Part shown: piece after piece, positions 26,415-39,360 of the stretch
How positions within the stretch are numbered: position 1 is the first letter of the stretch
How the letters are laid out: each line of letters opens with the position of its first letter
Assembly: GCF_004010195.1 (NCBI RefSeq)
Contig: NC_057719.1
Location: 22,882,618 to 22,946,617 of the forward strand
Length of the DNA stretch: 64,000 nt
DNA from: Chiloscyllium plagiosum
Lineage: Eukaryota
Direction of reading: 5' to 3'
Made by a program: the position numbers and the translations under genes
Notes under the pieces: model-generated
The model's database searches: none
Told to the model about the DNA's origin: nothing
The model's input: only the letters and a program-made list of their open reading frames with translations

Positions 26415-27791
26415 AAGACCATAAGCCATAGAAGCAGAAATTAAGCTATTCAGCCCATTGAGTTTGCTCCATCATTCAATCATGGCTGATGCGTTTCTCC
26501 ACCCCATTCTATCACTTTCTCCCCATTACCCTTCATCCCTTGATATTCAAGAACCTATCCATCTCAGCCTTAAATATACTCAATGACCTGGCCTCCACAG
26601 CCTTCTGTGGCAGTGAATTTCACAAATTCACCTCTCTCTGGTTGAAGAAGTTTCTCTTTATCTCCATTCTAAGAGGTCTTCCCTTTACTCTAAGGCTATG
26701 CCCTTGGGTCATAGTCTCTCCTACCAATAGAAACATCTTCCCAACATCTACTTTGTCCAGGCCATTCTGTATTCTGGATGTTTCAGTTAGATGCCTTCTC
26801 ATTCTTCTAAACTCTACCAAGCATAGATTCCTCAAATATTTCCCATATGTTCGGCTTTTCATTCTTGGGACCACTCTCATGAACCTCATCTGAATATGCA
26901 CCAGGGCCAGTACATCCTTCCTGAGATATGGAACCCAAAACTGCACACAATACTCTAAATGGAGTCTGACCAGAGTTTTGTACAGCTTCAGAAGTACAGC
27001 CCTGCTTTTACATTCAAGTCCTCCCAAAATAAATGCCATCATTGCATTTGCCTTCCTAACTACTGACTCAATCTGCAGATTTACTTTGAGAGAATTCTGG
27101 ACTAGAATTCTCTTTGCACTTCAGAGTTCTGAATTTTCTGCCCATATAGAAAATAGTCCATGCCTCTATTTTTCCTATCAAAGTGCATGACCTCACACTT
27201 TCCCACATTGTACTCCATCTGTCACTTCTTTGCCTACTCTCCTAACCTTTTTGCAGTGTCCCCACCTCCACAATGTTACCTGCCCCTTTATCTATCTTTG
27301 TAACAACAGCAAACCTAGCTAGAATGCCCTCAGTTCCTTCATCTGGATTGTTAATGTATAAAGTAAAAAATTGTGGTCCCAATACTGATCCTTGTAGATC
27401 ACCACTTGTCACCAACTGCCATCCTGAGAAGGACCCTTTTATCCCCACTCTCTGCCTTCTGCCAGACAGCCAAGCTTCTAACCATGCTAGCATCTTGCCT
27501 CTGACACCATGCGCCCTTATCTTACTCAGTAGCCTCCTGCATGACACCTTGTCAAAGGCCTGAAGTCCAGGTCGATAACATTCATTGGCTCACCTTGGTC
27601 TAATCTGCTCATCATTTCCTCAAAGATCTGACCCCTTGATGAACCCATGCTGACTTTGCCCTATTTTACCACACACTTCCAACTATTCAGAAATCTCATC
27701 CTACACAGTAAATTCCAAGATCTTACCCACAACGAAGGTTAAGGTAATCAGTCAGTAATTTTCCGTCTTTTGCCTTACTTCCTTTTTAAAC

Positions 27792-28120
27792 AGATTAGAT
27801 TCCCGACATTATGGAAACAGGCCCTTCTGCCCAAAAAGTCCACCCTGACCATTCGAAAACTATCCCATCCAGACCCCTTCCCTTACCCCATATTTACCCT
27901 TGATTAATGCACCTAACACTATGGGTAATTTAGCTTGGCCAAATCACCTGACCTGCACATTGTTGGATTGTGAGAGGAAACTGGAGCACCTCGAGGAAAT
28001 CCACCCAGACACACGGAGAATGTGCAAACTCCACACAGGTAGTTGCTCGAGCTGGGAATTGAACCCAGTTTCCTGACGCTGTGAGGCAGCAGTGCTAACT
28101 ACTGAGCCACCATACCAACC
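27792..28120 (-). mobile_element. HE1-type V-SINE (older copy)
   Basis: Diverged HE1 head, V domain and tail. Confidence 0.9.
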
Positions 28121-28855
28121 ACAGGGGTGTCATGTTAATGATTTTCCCTGATTCTAGCGATTTCTGAAAGATCATCACTAACGCCTCCATTATCTCTTTA
28201 GTTATATCCCTAAGAACTCTGGTGTAGTCCATCTGGTCCAGGTGATTGATCCACCTCAGGCTATTCAGTTTTCCTAGCACTTTTCCTTGGTGATGGCCAA
28301 CATACTCACCTCTGTCCCCTCACTCGGTTGAAGTTTTGGGATATTACTCATGTCTTCCACTGTGAAGACTGACATGCAGTAATTGTTCAGTTCCTCAATC
28401 ATTTCCTTGTTCCCCACTACTATCTTTCCAGCAACTCAATGTCTACTTTTGCCTCTCTTTTTCCCTTTATATATATAAAGAAACTCTTACAATCTTCCTT
28501 TATAGTATAAGCCAGCTTATTCTCATATTTAATCTTCTCCCTCCTTGTTTGTTTTTGTTTCCATCTGTTGGTCTTTATGAGCTTCCCAAACCTTTGGTTT
28601 TCCACTGCCCTTCACCACATTATGTGTTTTCTCATTTGCTTTTATGCTATCTCTGATTCTCCTGGTCAGTCAGGTTGCCTCATCCTTCCTATACCATGCT
28701 TCTTTTTCCTCGGGATGAAGCTCTGCTGTGTCTCCTGAATTATTCCCAGAAATTCCTGCCATTGTTGTCCAACTGTCTTTCCTGCTGGGCTCCTCTCCCA
28801 GTTGATCCTACCCAGCTCCTTCCTCATGCCTCTGTGGTTGCCTTTATTCAGCTGT

Positions 28856-29168
28856 GGACAGCACGGTGGCACAGTGGTTAGCACTGCTGCCTCACAGCAC
28901 CAGAGACCCGGGTTCAATTCCCGCCTCAGGCGACTGACTGTGTGGAGTTTGCACATTCTCCCCGTGTCTGCGTGGGTTTCCTCCGGGTGCTCCAGTTTCT
29001 TCCCACAGTCCAAAGATGTGCAGGTCAGGTGAATTGGCCATGCTAAATTGCCCGTAGTGTTAGGTGAGGGGGTAAATGAGGGGAATGGGTCTGGGTGGGT
29101 TACTTTTTGCAGGGTCGGTGTGGACTTGTTGGGCCGAAGGGCCTGTTCCACACTGTAAGTAATCTAAG
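28856..29168 (+). mobile_element. HE1-type V-SINE
   Basis: Close to the copy at 38328. Confidence 0.95.
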
Positions 29169-30459
29169 TAACCATTACCTCTGATTCTATCTTCTCCCTC
29201 TCAGATTACAGAGTAAATTCAATCATATTATGATCACTGTCTCCTAAGGGTTCCTTCACATTAAGTTCCTTTATCAAGTCTGCCTCATTGCACCACACTA
29301 AATCCAGAATTGCCTGTTCCCTCGTGGGCTCCATCACAAGCTGCGCCAAAAAAGCCATCTCGTAGACATTCCACAAATTCCTTTTCTTGCAATCTACTAC
29401 CAACCTGATTTTCCTAGCCCACCTGCATATTGAAATACCCCAGGATCACTGTAACTTCGCATTCCCTACACATCTATTCTTTATCCTTGTGTACCTTATG
29501 CTCAAAGCCTGCACGTAAGTCCAGCCTTTTTTTTAACCCCTGTGGTTCCTCTGTTCTACCTACACAGATTCTATACCATCTGACCCGACTTTGTTTTTTA
29601 CCATTTCATTTCTTATGAATAAGGTAACCCCATCCCTTCTGCCCATCTGTCTATATTTTCGATAGGATGTCTACCCTTGAATATTCAGCTTTCAATCCTG
29701 ATCCCCTTGCAGCCACGTCTCCATGATGCCCACTAAATCATAGCTACCAATTTTGATCTGTGCCACAAGCTCATTTACCTTATTCAGATATAACACCTTC
29801 AGGCCTGTATTAATCATCCCTCTTTGCATTGTCATTCATTGTCCAGTGCACATGAAGTATGATTGCTAACCCTTTCCATACACTCTGTCCTATTTGTGTC
29901 TGCGCTGGGGATTTTAATCTCCTCACCTGAGTTCTGCACTCTGACCTCCTCCTTCAATTCAGGTTTTCTAATTTCCCCTATAACTGAGCCCTCCCTGCAC
30001 CCCCACCCCCATTTAGTTTAAAGCCCTGTCTACAGCCCAATGCAATTGTGAGGACTCTGGTCCCAGCACAGTTCAGATGAACACCATCCCATCAGAACAG
30101 ATCCCTTGTTCCCCAGTACTGGTACCAATGTCCCATGAATTCAAACCAATTTCTCCCACACCAATCTTTGAACCATGCATTTACATGCTTAATCTTATTG
30201 ACCCTGTGCCAATTAGCTTGTGGTTCAGGTAGTAATCCAGAGATTATTATCTTTTTGATTCTGCTTTTTGATTTAACTCTTAGCTGTACATACCCCCTTA
30301 GCAGAACCTCTGCCCTAGTTTTATCTATGTACATACATGGACCACAACCATTGGATCTTTACCCTCCCACTCCAAATTCATCTGCAGCTCAGATGAGAGA
30401 TCCTGGATCCCAACACCATGCAGGCAGCACAACCTTCCGGACTCTTATAGATGCAGGAT

Positions 30460-31410
30460 CGAATATATACATTTGCAGATAACAGTAAAATAAATTGGAA
30501 AGTAAGGTGCGTGGAATAAATAAGAAATTTTTGGATATGGATAAGTCAGGTGAATTGGCAGATTAACATGGATTAATTTGGGTTTAACATCGATAAGTGT
30601 GAGGTTTTCAATTTTGGTCAGAGGAATAAAATAGGAACTTTTTTTATCTAAATGGAGAGAAACTTCAACATGCTTTGATGCAGTAGCATCTGAGTGTGCT
30701 CATGCATAAATTACAGAAAGTTAGTATGCAGATACAGCAAGTATTAAGGAAGGCAAATGTAATTTTGGAATTTAACACTCAAAGAATGGAGCAAACAGCA
30801 GCAAAGTATTATTACCATTGTATTAGTATTGGTGTAACCACATATAGAGTACTGCATACAGACTTGGTCCATTTACTTGCAGAAGGATGTAATTGTACTG
30901 GAGGCAATTCTGTGAAGGTTCCTTAGATTAATTCCAGAGATGAAGGGCTTGTCTTATGAAGAGAGATGCAGAAGTTTCGGCTTGTACTCACTCAGCTTTA
31001 GAAGAATGAGAGGAGATCTAATTGAGGGATATAAGATGCTAAAAGGGCCTTGACAAGGTAGTCGTGGAGCAGAATTTTTCCCTTGTGGGGCAATCAAGAG
31101 TGAGAAGTCATCATATTAGGGTAAGGGGTGGCAGATTCAAAACAGAGATGAGGAGGATATTACTTCTTTCAAAGGATCATAAATTTGTGGCATTCACTAC
31201 ACTAGAGTACGGTGGATGATAGGACACTAAATGAACTTAAGGAGGAGTTCGACAGATTTTTAAAATGGTGATAGGTTAAAGGATTATGAAGAATGGGCAG
31301 GAAAGTAGAGTTGAGGCTGAGATGGGACGAGCCATGGTTGTACTAAATGATGATGCAGTCTTGAGGGGTTGAATTACCTACTGCTGTTCCATATTCTTGT
31401 ATACTTATGT
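30460..31410 (+). mobile_element. Old CR1 LINE 3' part
   Basis: Degenerate RT C-terminal motifs (AGAAGAATGAGAGGAGATCTAATTGA) and tail. Confidence 0.8.
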
Positions 31411-32659
31411 TATTTACAGAGGAAACAGAGTAATCCTCCTTAAGGTCTGAGTATCTGTAAGATATCCTTGATTTAATTTATTAATTGTCACATGTATTTT
31501 ATTACAAAATACAGTGAAATGTGTTTCATAGCATGGCCACTCTCCAGTGACACCTTAAAACACAGAAAAATAAAACAAAACATAGAATATAAAAGGCAGA
31601 AGAATAAGGAAGTAAAGAAATAAAGCTATCTTTAAGGGTTAAAAGTTTGAAACGGTATCTCTGATATTTGTAAAAGGACTGCTTCAAATAGTTCTTATTC
31701 AGGAGAAATAGAGGTGTTTAATTTCTTTTGTGTGCAATTAATGTTGATGTTCTTTTGTCAAAAGTGCATTGGGAGCCTCTTGACTGACTTCTAGGTTAAA
31801 CAAAGGAAAAAAAAACTTATGGCTTATCAAGCTAACTTTCACTCTAGGAACTGACTTGCCCAGTATTACTGTAAACTGAGATTATGGTACCTGACTAAAG
31901 GTTCATAGACTCAAAGTAGATGTTGACTACTTAAGACACAGATGAAAAGAAACACCTTTCTTCAAAAGATTGTGAATCTTTAGCATTCTCCACTCAAGAG
32001 AATGGAAGATGCTCAGGTGTTCTGTATGTTCAAGACAGAGATCACTAGATTTTCAAATACAATGGAGTTTCCTTTATCTGAATGTCAAGTCTCTGGAGTT
32101 TTTTTTTTGCAACTGACATCCAAGCATCAAAAGAGGAATTCTGAATGTTATGGATCCAGATAATGAAGACTAAACCAGTGGAAGAGAATAATGGATCAGA
32201 TTCCATATTAAAGCTACCTTATCAATAAGGATAGAATCATCTATCAGAGCTCAGTATACTGGCCCTGGCCTCACATTTTAAAATGTTCCTTTATCCTGTG
32301 GTCGCGACAATGAAGTTCTTCCAACTGCTATGAGTAGTTCTCATGCAACTGGTAAATTCAATAAACCAGCACTTCCCCATCCCCCATGCCAGATCTGGGG
32401 AAATGACTGTACTAAGGAAGTCAGATAATTTGGGAATAGAGCAGAAATGGATGTAGCTGAGGTGGAAGATCAGCTATAATTTTATTGAATGCAGATGCAG
32501 GGAAGGAATGAATGGCCTTTTCTTGCTCCTATTTCTTATGTTCTCATGTTCTATGTGTCACCTGGTGCAATTTTTCAAAAGGCTTACTGAAGGTTACTGG
32601 GTTTACAAGTCAGAAAGAATGAATGCACAGTCTAATGATGAATAGAGGAAGTGTTTAAA

Positions 32660-33830
32660 AACAATTTACTACATTACTTAACAGAGCAATCTCTTGCCTG
32701 CTGTGAATGAGCCTTGCAAAAATTTTGAAATGATTTCCAGTTAATTTTGGAAATATTCTAACAATTTTATTTTCAAAAAAATTATTTTTGTCGGATAGAT
32801 TGCATTATTTTGGAGGTACACCTTTCTGACATCCATTGCAGAGATTGAATAAAGTTTGTTTACATCCCAAAACCTGGATTTAAAATGTATTTGCAGTTCT
32901 AATAGGTAAACATCATTTGTTGTCTTGATAATTAAAGGGGAAAAGCAAACACTAAAAAAAACAAGTCTCATCTATCTTTAAAACCATTGTAATTAGTATA
33001 TCCCAATGTGTTGTCTCTGTACTCCTGAACTGACTGTATCTTTTTAAAGAACCTGTCATTTGTTTTAACCATCTCATGATTTGATCACATAGTTCTCCAT
33101 AGTTAATCTGTAATCTGTTATCATCTTGTTCCGTCAAGAAAATTTTCTGGAAAATGAAGTCCTATTCGATCATGCTGTAGCAGAATTTCGTGTCATTCAG
33201 TACGATTGCATTATTACACCTTGTTTAATTTTGGAAAGCACAAATTGCAGCGTTTGAGACATTTTGGAGAGGCAGATCATCTTCCTCCACTTTGACAGTA
33301 TGACAGAGTGGATCAAGCATATTGAGAGTTCTGCAATCAGGCAAAAGTAACAAATGGGTAATTTAGGACCTCTTGGCTTAAAGCTCTCTGGTTGGTATAT
33401 TTCATTCCTCCTACTCATTTAAACCATTGGAGGCAACAATACAACAGCTGCTGTATTTCCACTCTCTATGGTGCCTTGAGTTATTGGTCCATCTGTGTAA
33501 TTTAGAAATAAATGTCTGTGAACCATTACAGCCTTTATACTTTCTAAAACATAGCAACATTTGCTGCTACATACTCTTGGTTTTGTTTTACTTCCAAAAG
33601 AAGAGTCTTATACTTGTTTCTTTTTTTGTTCTAATTTTCCTTCTGGGTCCTTTCTTTCATTAATTCTTTCACTGTTTGGTATTTTTTTGTACAAGCTACC
33701 TGTGAACTAGTGGCTCCTCTGCTAACCTGATGTACTGCTCTATCAGATGGATAGAACTATTTGATATTTCAGGTGTTGCGTGTTGATGACACATGTACAG
33801 GCAGAGCGCTGTGTCTAATAGAGCTACTTA
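32660..33830 (-). pseudogene. Possible highly degraded hAT (Charlie/SPIN-like) transposase relic
   Basis: Ordered fragments SIHLIEQ, IHSVI..SKMSQTLQFVL and NYGELCDQIMRWLKQ.TGSLKRY..FR loosely parallel the hAT motifs S.QLDES, HC.IH and YGDLL..TEVRWLS.G..LKRF. Confidence 0.3.
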
Positions 33831-34737
33831 GGTGAAATTATATGGAATTTTATTTTTATTAACGTGATTGGATATCAGTTACAGAACCACATGCTGCCTG
33901 TAAAATCAAGTAGAATGATTTCAGTGATTCATATTTGTCATTCAGTTTCAATAAAGAACAAAGCTTCAATTCAAAAAATAGAAATTGGACACTTTTTTCA
34001 GTCTCTCGTTAAATTTCTAGACTGGAGCGAACTTCATGTGTTGTAATTTTAGCTTGTTCATTTCAAAGAAATTTTAATGAGTGTTGTTTCTGAGACTGGA
34101 ATACATATATCACTGAGGACTCACCAACTTAACCATTATCTTAATTTGTTCATTATACTTTCAGCTTTCTGCTTTGTTGAACCAGAAAACCAGACCTATT
34201 TTGAGACAAATAATGGAAGCAACAATAATATACTTTCTTATTGTTCTGCTCCAGACCAAAACATAATTTATATACCTCAATTTATTCTACATTTTTAATG
34301 ACTTCATATTTCAAATTTGAATACTTAAAAGATCAGTCAAGAGTTTGCAGGGAGGATTTAGTTTTTGCTTTGAGTTCACTTTGTGGATATACTCTCTTGC
34401 AGCTTTAGAATTTATGATATGAACTTATAAGATCTTGATGCCTTTCAAGATACCAATATTACACAATGATACAGATTTACACATTCCAATTCTCAGTGCA
34501 AAAGATTTGCATTAATTGACTGTGGGTACAGAGATCAGTATACCCAAACAATGGTAAATCTAAACAGTTCTTTCTTAATACTTGCAAACTTTCACAGGAT
34601 GCTGGACTAGAGTATTTTTTTGGATCTTATTTAAAAGAGAGACATGGGCAAGTCACTTCACCCATCAGAGTTAGCCCAGTAGATGGTTCTTCAGGAAACA
34701 TGTGTAAACAACTGTAAAAGGCACTTAGTGTAGTGCC

Positions 34738-34940
34738 TGTAAGGAGACCAGTCAGCTGGATCACATATAATATGAATTCCCTATCTGGGGCTGTTAATCT
34801 CGCTTACTTGAAAAGATTGAGCATCAAAGATACCAATACTCCAGTATCTGACTCTGCACGAGGCATTACTATAGTCTATGTCTGTGTATGTGTAAATAAA
34901 GAGTGAGATGGTGATGGAATACCAGCCTCAGTATTATTGC
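34738..34940 (+). mobile_element. Probable small solo LTR remnant
   Basis: TG...CA ends with AATAAA near the 3' end. No clear TSD. Confidence 0.3.
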
Positions 34941-36012
34941 ATTTAGAGTTTCACAGAATCTATGAAACAGAAATAGGCCACTTGCCCCAACTTGTTTATT
35001 CTGACTTTTATATTCCACACAAGCCTCTTCCTACCATCCTTCATCTTATCCTATCAGTGCCCTGCACTTCTTTCTCACTAATGTACTTATTATAATTATA
35101 CATATCTGCTTCAATGCAACTATGCAGTTCCACCCAATTACTCCTTACAACAGGAAATTTCATTGCCTCTGGCTGCCTAGCTACCAGGTCTAATTACAAG
35201 ACCTTTCAGGAGGACCCACAAACTCCAGTGGGCTCAGTGGAAGGTGTCAACAGATGTGACACCAAGGCAACTATTGGACTTGCGGCCCAGGGAATTTTTG
35301 ATCCTCTGTCTTCAAGGTATCCCAACATCGCATTGCTCAATAGCTGGGAGGTTAGAGCAAGGTTATGGAATGTATAGTGAGCCCTTGAGTCATTCACTAC
35401 CCTCTGTTACATATTATAAAATGGTAATAAGAGCAGGATTTGATCGACAGATGCAAACCAAACTCGACCACGATGATGAATGAGCTTTCAGCTTATTCAC
35501 AATTATAATTAACTTTGTATTTTACTTTGGTGCGAGTGTAAGTGTTACATTTTAAATAGTATAATCCTGCTAATGACTTGGATTTCAACACTGTTTGATT
35601 GGCAAAGGTCACATTAACTGCCACCACTGTTTCTCATGACTAAACTTTGAACAATTAAATTCTAAACTGATGATTATGGATTTTTAACAGGAAGAAAAAG
35701 AAACTGGCAAGCTTTTTGTTTTCTTTTACAAGCTATGAAAAATGATCTGAATTTAATTAGGGGGTGCAGTGACTCTGCCTTAAATGACTGAATAACCACG
35801 GACCGCAATCAATCGCTTTTCTCTATGCTGTCATTTATTAATAAATGATCAAGTGCAAAACAAAGAGTTTGCCTCAGCAATTGTGAGAGCTTCTGCGTCC
35901 AATCAAGCAGATCAAAACCTTTTACCTGAAGGCAGGTTATAAACTTATGTTCAACTTTTCAACGTGATTTAATCTCGCAGAGTCTCTTCTAGTCTGACGG
36001 ACTGTGCAAACC

Positions 36013-36214
36013 GGAGAAAGTGAGGACTGCAGATGCTGGAGATCAGAGACAAGAGTGTGTTGCTGGGAAAGCACAGCAGGTCAGGGAGCATCCAAGCATC
36101 AGAAGAATCAACATTTCGGGCATAAGCCTAATGGAGGGCTTATGCTTGAAACGTCGATTCTCCTGCTCCTCTGATGTTGCCTGACCTGCTGTGCTTTCCC
36201 AGCAATACATTCTT
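36013..36214. mobile_element. PLE-B fold-back (inverted pLTR) element with degenerate HHR at the turn
   Basis: Inverted arms, flanked by GACTGTGCAA at 36000-36009 and 36215-36224. Confidence 0.88.
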
Positions 36215-36409
36215 GACTGTGCAAGCCCTCAAGTACCTTGAATGAAGTATACTGGAACAAAATGATAATGTGTACTTTACGGGCCTCACTCCATTGTGCA
36301 AAGTAATGTTAGAATACAGACTCATGGACCACAAACCCCGCCACTCTTCCCAACACCCAGCAATGAGTTATTGTGCTTAGGAGGAAACAGTAACTTATAA
36401 AGAAAAGAA

Positions 36410-36760
36410 AGCTGTTAACTGCTCCAACAACATTGAAGAGTCTCAACATTATGTAGGACAAAGCAGCCCACTTGATCAGCATCCTATCCATCCAACATTC
36501 ATTCCCAGATGCATGTATACAGCACCACCTGCAATTTCCCATACAAGCCACACATCATCCTGTTCTGGAACTATATCACCATTCCTTCACTGTCAGTGTA
36601 TAAATATCAGGAATTCTCTTCCCAACAGTTCTGTGGGTGTACTTGGAAACCACGGATTGCACTGTTTCAAGGAAAAAGCTCACCATCAGCATTTCAAGGA
36701 CAAGTAGGAGGAAGCAATAATTGCTGGTCTAGCCAGTGATGCCCACATCCCATGAACATT
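36410..36760 (+). mobile_element. Second-family LINE 3' end
   Basis: Similar to 43460-44225. Confidence 0.7.
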
Positions 36761-36887
36761 CATAAACAGTTGGGAGCAGGGCAAATCTACCTAGAAGCAC
36801 CATATAGCATTGGAAATCTTATCAAGTTAGGAATTTACCTCAATTTACCATTGAGATAGAAGTTCTCATCTGAGAAGAAAATAATAT

Positions 36888-37456
36888 TTTGGATGTAGGT
36901 TTGCTCGCTGAGCTGGAAGGTTCATTTCCAGATGTTTCGTTACCTTACTAGGTAACATCTTCAGTGGGCCTCAGGCGAAGCAATGCTGAAAATTCCTGCT
37001 TTCTATTTATATGTTTGGGTTTATTTAAGTTGGTGATGTCATTTCCTGTGGTGATGTTATTTCCTGTGGTGAAGTCACTTCCTGTTCCTTTTCTCAGGAG
37101 GTCGTAGTTGGGGTCTAATTTGATGTCTTTGTTGATGGAGTTCTGGTTGGAATACCATGCTTCTAGGAATTCTCATGCGTGTCTTTGTTTGGCTTGTCCG
37201 AGGATGAATGTATTGTCCCAGTCGAAGTGGTGTCCTTCCTCATCTGTATGTGAGGATACTAGTAAGAGGGGATCATGTTGTTTTGTGGCTAGTTGGTGTT
37301 CATGTATCCTGGTGACTAGTTTTCTGCCTGTTACAGTCCTTGCATGGTATTTTGTAATATAGGGTAACAAACAGTCTGGAAATGAACCTTCCAGCTCAGC
37401 AAGCAAACCTACATCCAAAACCTCAACCTGAGCTACAAATCTTCTCAGAACTCACT
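36888..37456 (-). mobile_element. PLE-A truncated element with inverted pLTR and 13 bp TSD
   Basis: GRKLVTRIHEHQLA..H.FDWDN motif. TSD AAGAAAATAATAT at 36875-36887 and 37457-37469. Confidence 0.92.
36931..36964 (-). ncRNA. Type I hammerhead ribozyme motif (PLE-A), core intact, AUC cleavage triplet
   Basis: RC reads CTGAAGA-T-GTTACCT-AGTA-AGGTAAC-GAAAC-ATC, with a perfect 7 bp helix II. Confidence 0.82.
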
Positions 37457-37539
37457 AAGAAAATAATATCTTTGAAGTTTCAGAAAGAGTGAATAGTTGC
37501 TGATATGGAGCAGAAAGTTTTGACTGTCTTCTTCCTTGC

Positions 37540-37752
37540 TGAGTCGAAAAGTGTGGCACTGGAAAAGCACAGTAGATCAGGCAACATCTGAAGAGCAGGG
37601 GAGTTGACGTTTTGGGCATAAGCCCTTCATCAGAGCTTACACCCAAAACGTTGATTCTCCTGCTCTTCGGGTGTTGCCTGATCTGCTGTGCTTTTCCAGT
37701 GCCACACTTTCTGACAGTGACTCTTAAGCATCTGCAGTCCTCACTTTCTCCT
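37540..37752. mobile_element. PLE-B fold-back element with HHR (37606-37633, minus strand, G12>A)
   Basis: Inverted arms. RC reads CTGATGA-A-GGGC-TTAT-GCCC-AAAAC-GTC. Confidence 0.88.
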
Positions 37753-38069
37753 TTTTCCATTGTGAGATGATAAATGGGTACCAATTGCTTTTGCCTTTGC
37801 TGTTTCTCTTCCATTTTAACACTTCCCACATTGCAACAATGAGTATACCTCTAAATTACTTCCCTGCCTTTAAAGTACTTTGGGTTATCAGGTGATCCGA
37901 ACAGAAAAAGACACAAGTATTTCTTTTCAAGTCGCTGCTGAAGAAATGTAACTATCAGTTGTCACCTAAATGCAAGATTTGACCTCAATGTTTACTTTTT
38001 TTGAAGTTCATAGGAGGATGTCAGGATGCATAATCTCAAATTCAATATATTATTATAAAAGTGTAATTT

Positions 38070-38175
38070 ATTGACTCTGCTTTCTCTCCATAGATGCCAC
38101 CAGACCTGCTGAGGTTCTCCAGCTACTTCTGTTTTGGTTTCAAATTTCCAGCAGCCATAGTTCTTTGTGTTTTAT
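38070..38175 (+). mobile_element. Older PLE pLTR-derived fragment
   Basis: GATGCCACCAGACCTGCTGAGGTTCTCCAGC resembles the PLE-B pLTR arm. Confidence 0.55.
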
Positions 38176-38327
38176 TTTGTTACTTTTCAACCTCTAGCCT
38201 GCTTTCCTATTCATATCATGTAATAAGTTAATACATTGAAGCATTTGCTCTGGATTTGAACTCGACTTAATTGTTTTAGGAACAAGCTACCAAGATAACA
38301 ATCAGAGGTATAAAACATCTTTAATGT

Positions 38328-38640
38328 GGGCGGCACGGTGGCACAGTGGTTAGCACTGCTGCCTCACAGCGCCAGAGACCCGGGTTCAATTCCCGCCTCA
38401 GGCGACTGACTGTGTGGAGTTTGCACGTTCTCCCCGTGTCTGTGTGGGTTTCCTCCGGGAGCTCCGGTTTCCTCCCACAGTCCAAAGATGTGCAGGTCAG
38501 GTGAATTGGCCATGCTAAATTGCCCGTAATGTTAGGTAAGGGGTAAATGTATGGGTGGGTTGCGCTTCGGCGGGGCAGTGTGGACTTGTTGGGCCGAGGG
38601 GCCTGTTTCTACACTGTAAGTAATCTAATCTAAAAAAAAA
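38328..38640 (+). mobile_element. HE1-type V-SINE (young, CpG-rich)
   Basis: Intact A/B boxes, V domain, (TAATC)n tail and A tail. Confidence 0.96.
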
Positions 38641-38659
38641 TATGTTCTGGAATGTGACT

Positions 38660-39360
38660 GAAATATTCAGGTGAGAATTTCATAATCATGGATATATAGA
38701 AGAGGTTTGGGTCTTGAAGAGATGACAAAGGAAGGATGGAGAGAGGGTTTGAAATGATATGAAAATAAACCTGCAAATTGAAGCATTACCAGTTTGGCAG
38801 GAGATCTAAGACATGTGGGTAATGGATAAATGAGACTTCCAAGGGCCTGCTTTTCGATCTATGTAATGAGCCATGTTTCAAGTGAGTCAAAATCTCACTT
38901 TTGATGCAAATTAGGACATGGGCACGAGAGAGTGTTGATGTTGATTTCACAAAGCTGGCCTTGCATTTGTTGCAGTAATCTTTTCTAGAGATACCAAAGA
39001 CTTGGATGAGAGATTGCGCAGCAAATAAACTAAAACAGGACAGTCAGGTGATGTTACGGCAGCAGGACTAGGCAACATTAGAGATACCATGGATATACAG
39101 TTGGAAATTCATATCCTGATAAAATACAAGTTCAAGAATGCAAACTTGTCTGGTTCAGCCTCAGATGACCCCAAAGAGAGGGAAAGAGCAAGAAAAGACA
39201 CAAGATAATTTCTCATGGGGACTGTCGACCTTGGCTTCAGAACATTTATTTGGAGGAAATTTCTGGACATCAGTGCTGCATGTGAAACAAGCAGTCTGAC
39301 AATTTATAAAGAGTGGAGGAATTCCAAGTGGTCTTGGTGAGACAGAGTTAATATGATGTC
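38660..39360 (-). mobile_element. Very old L2-like LINE fragment
   Basis: Weak resemblance only (TGGAGGAAATTTCTGGACATC...CAGTCTGACAAT). Confidence 0.35.

Larger units (their letters stand above)
26415..30450 (-). mobile_element. Near full-length degraded CR1 LINE, including an ORF1 SGNH/esterase-like remnant, with two HE1 insertions
   Basis: ORF1-like 30092-30334 (IIISGLLPEP..NAWFKDWC..F.FMGHW), EN (EPLGDSDHNMIEF) and RT (QGSVLGPQFF). Confidence 0.9.

Noticed and set aside
34164..34298. Possible exon after a TACTTTCAG acceptor
   Set aside because: There is no donor before the stop codons and no recognisable homology.
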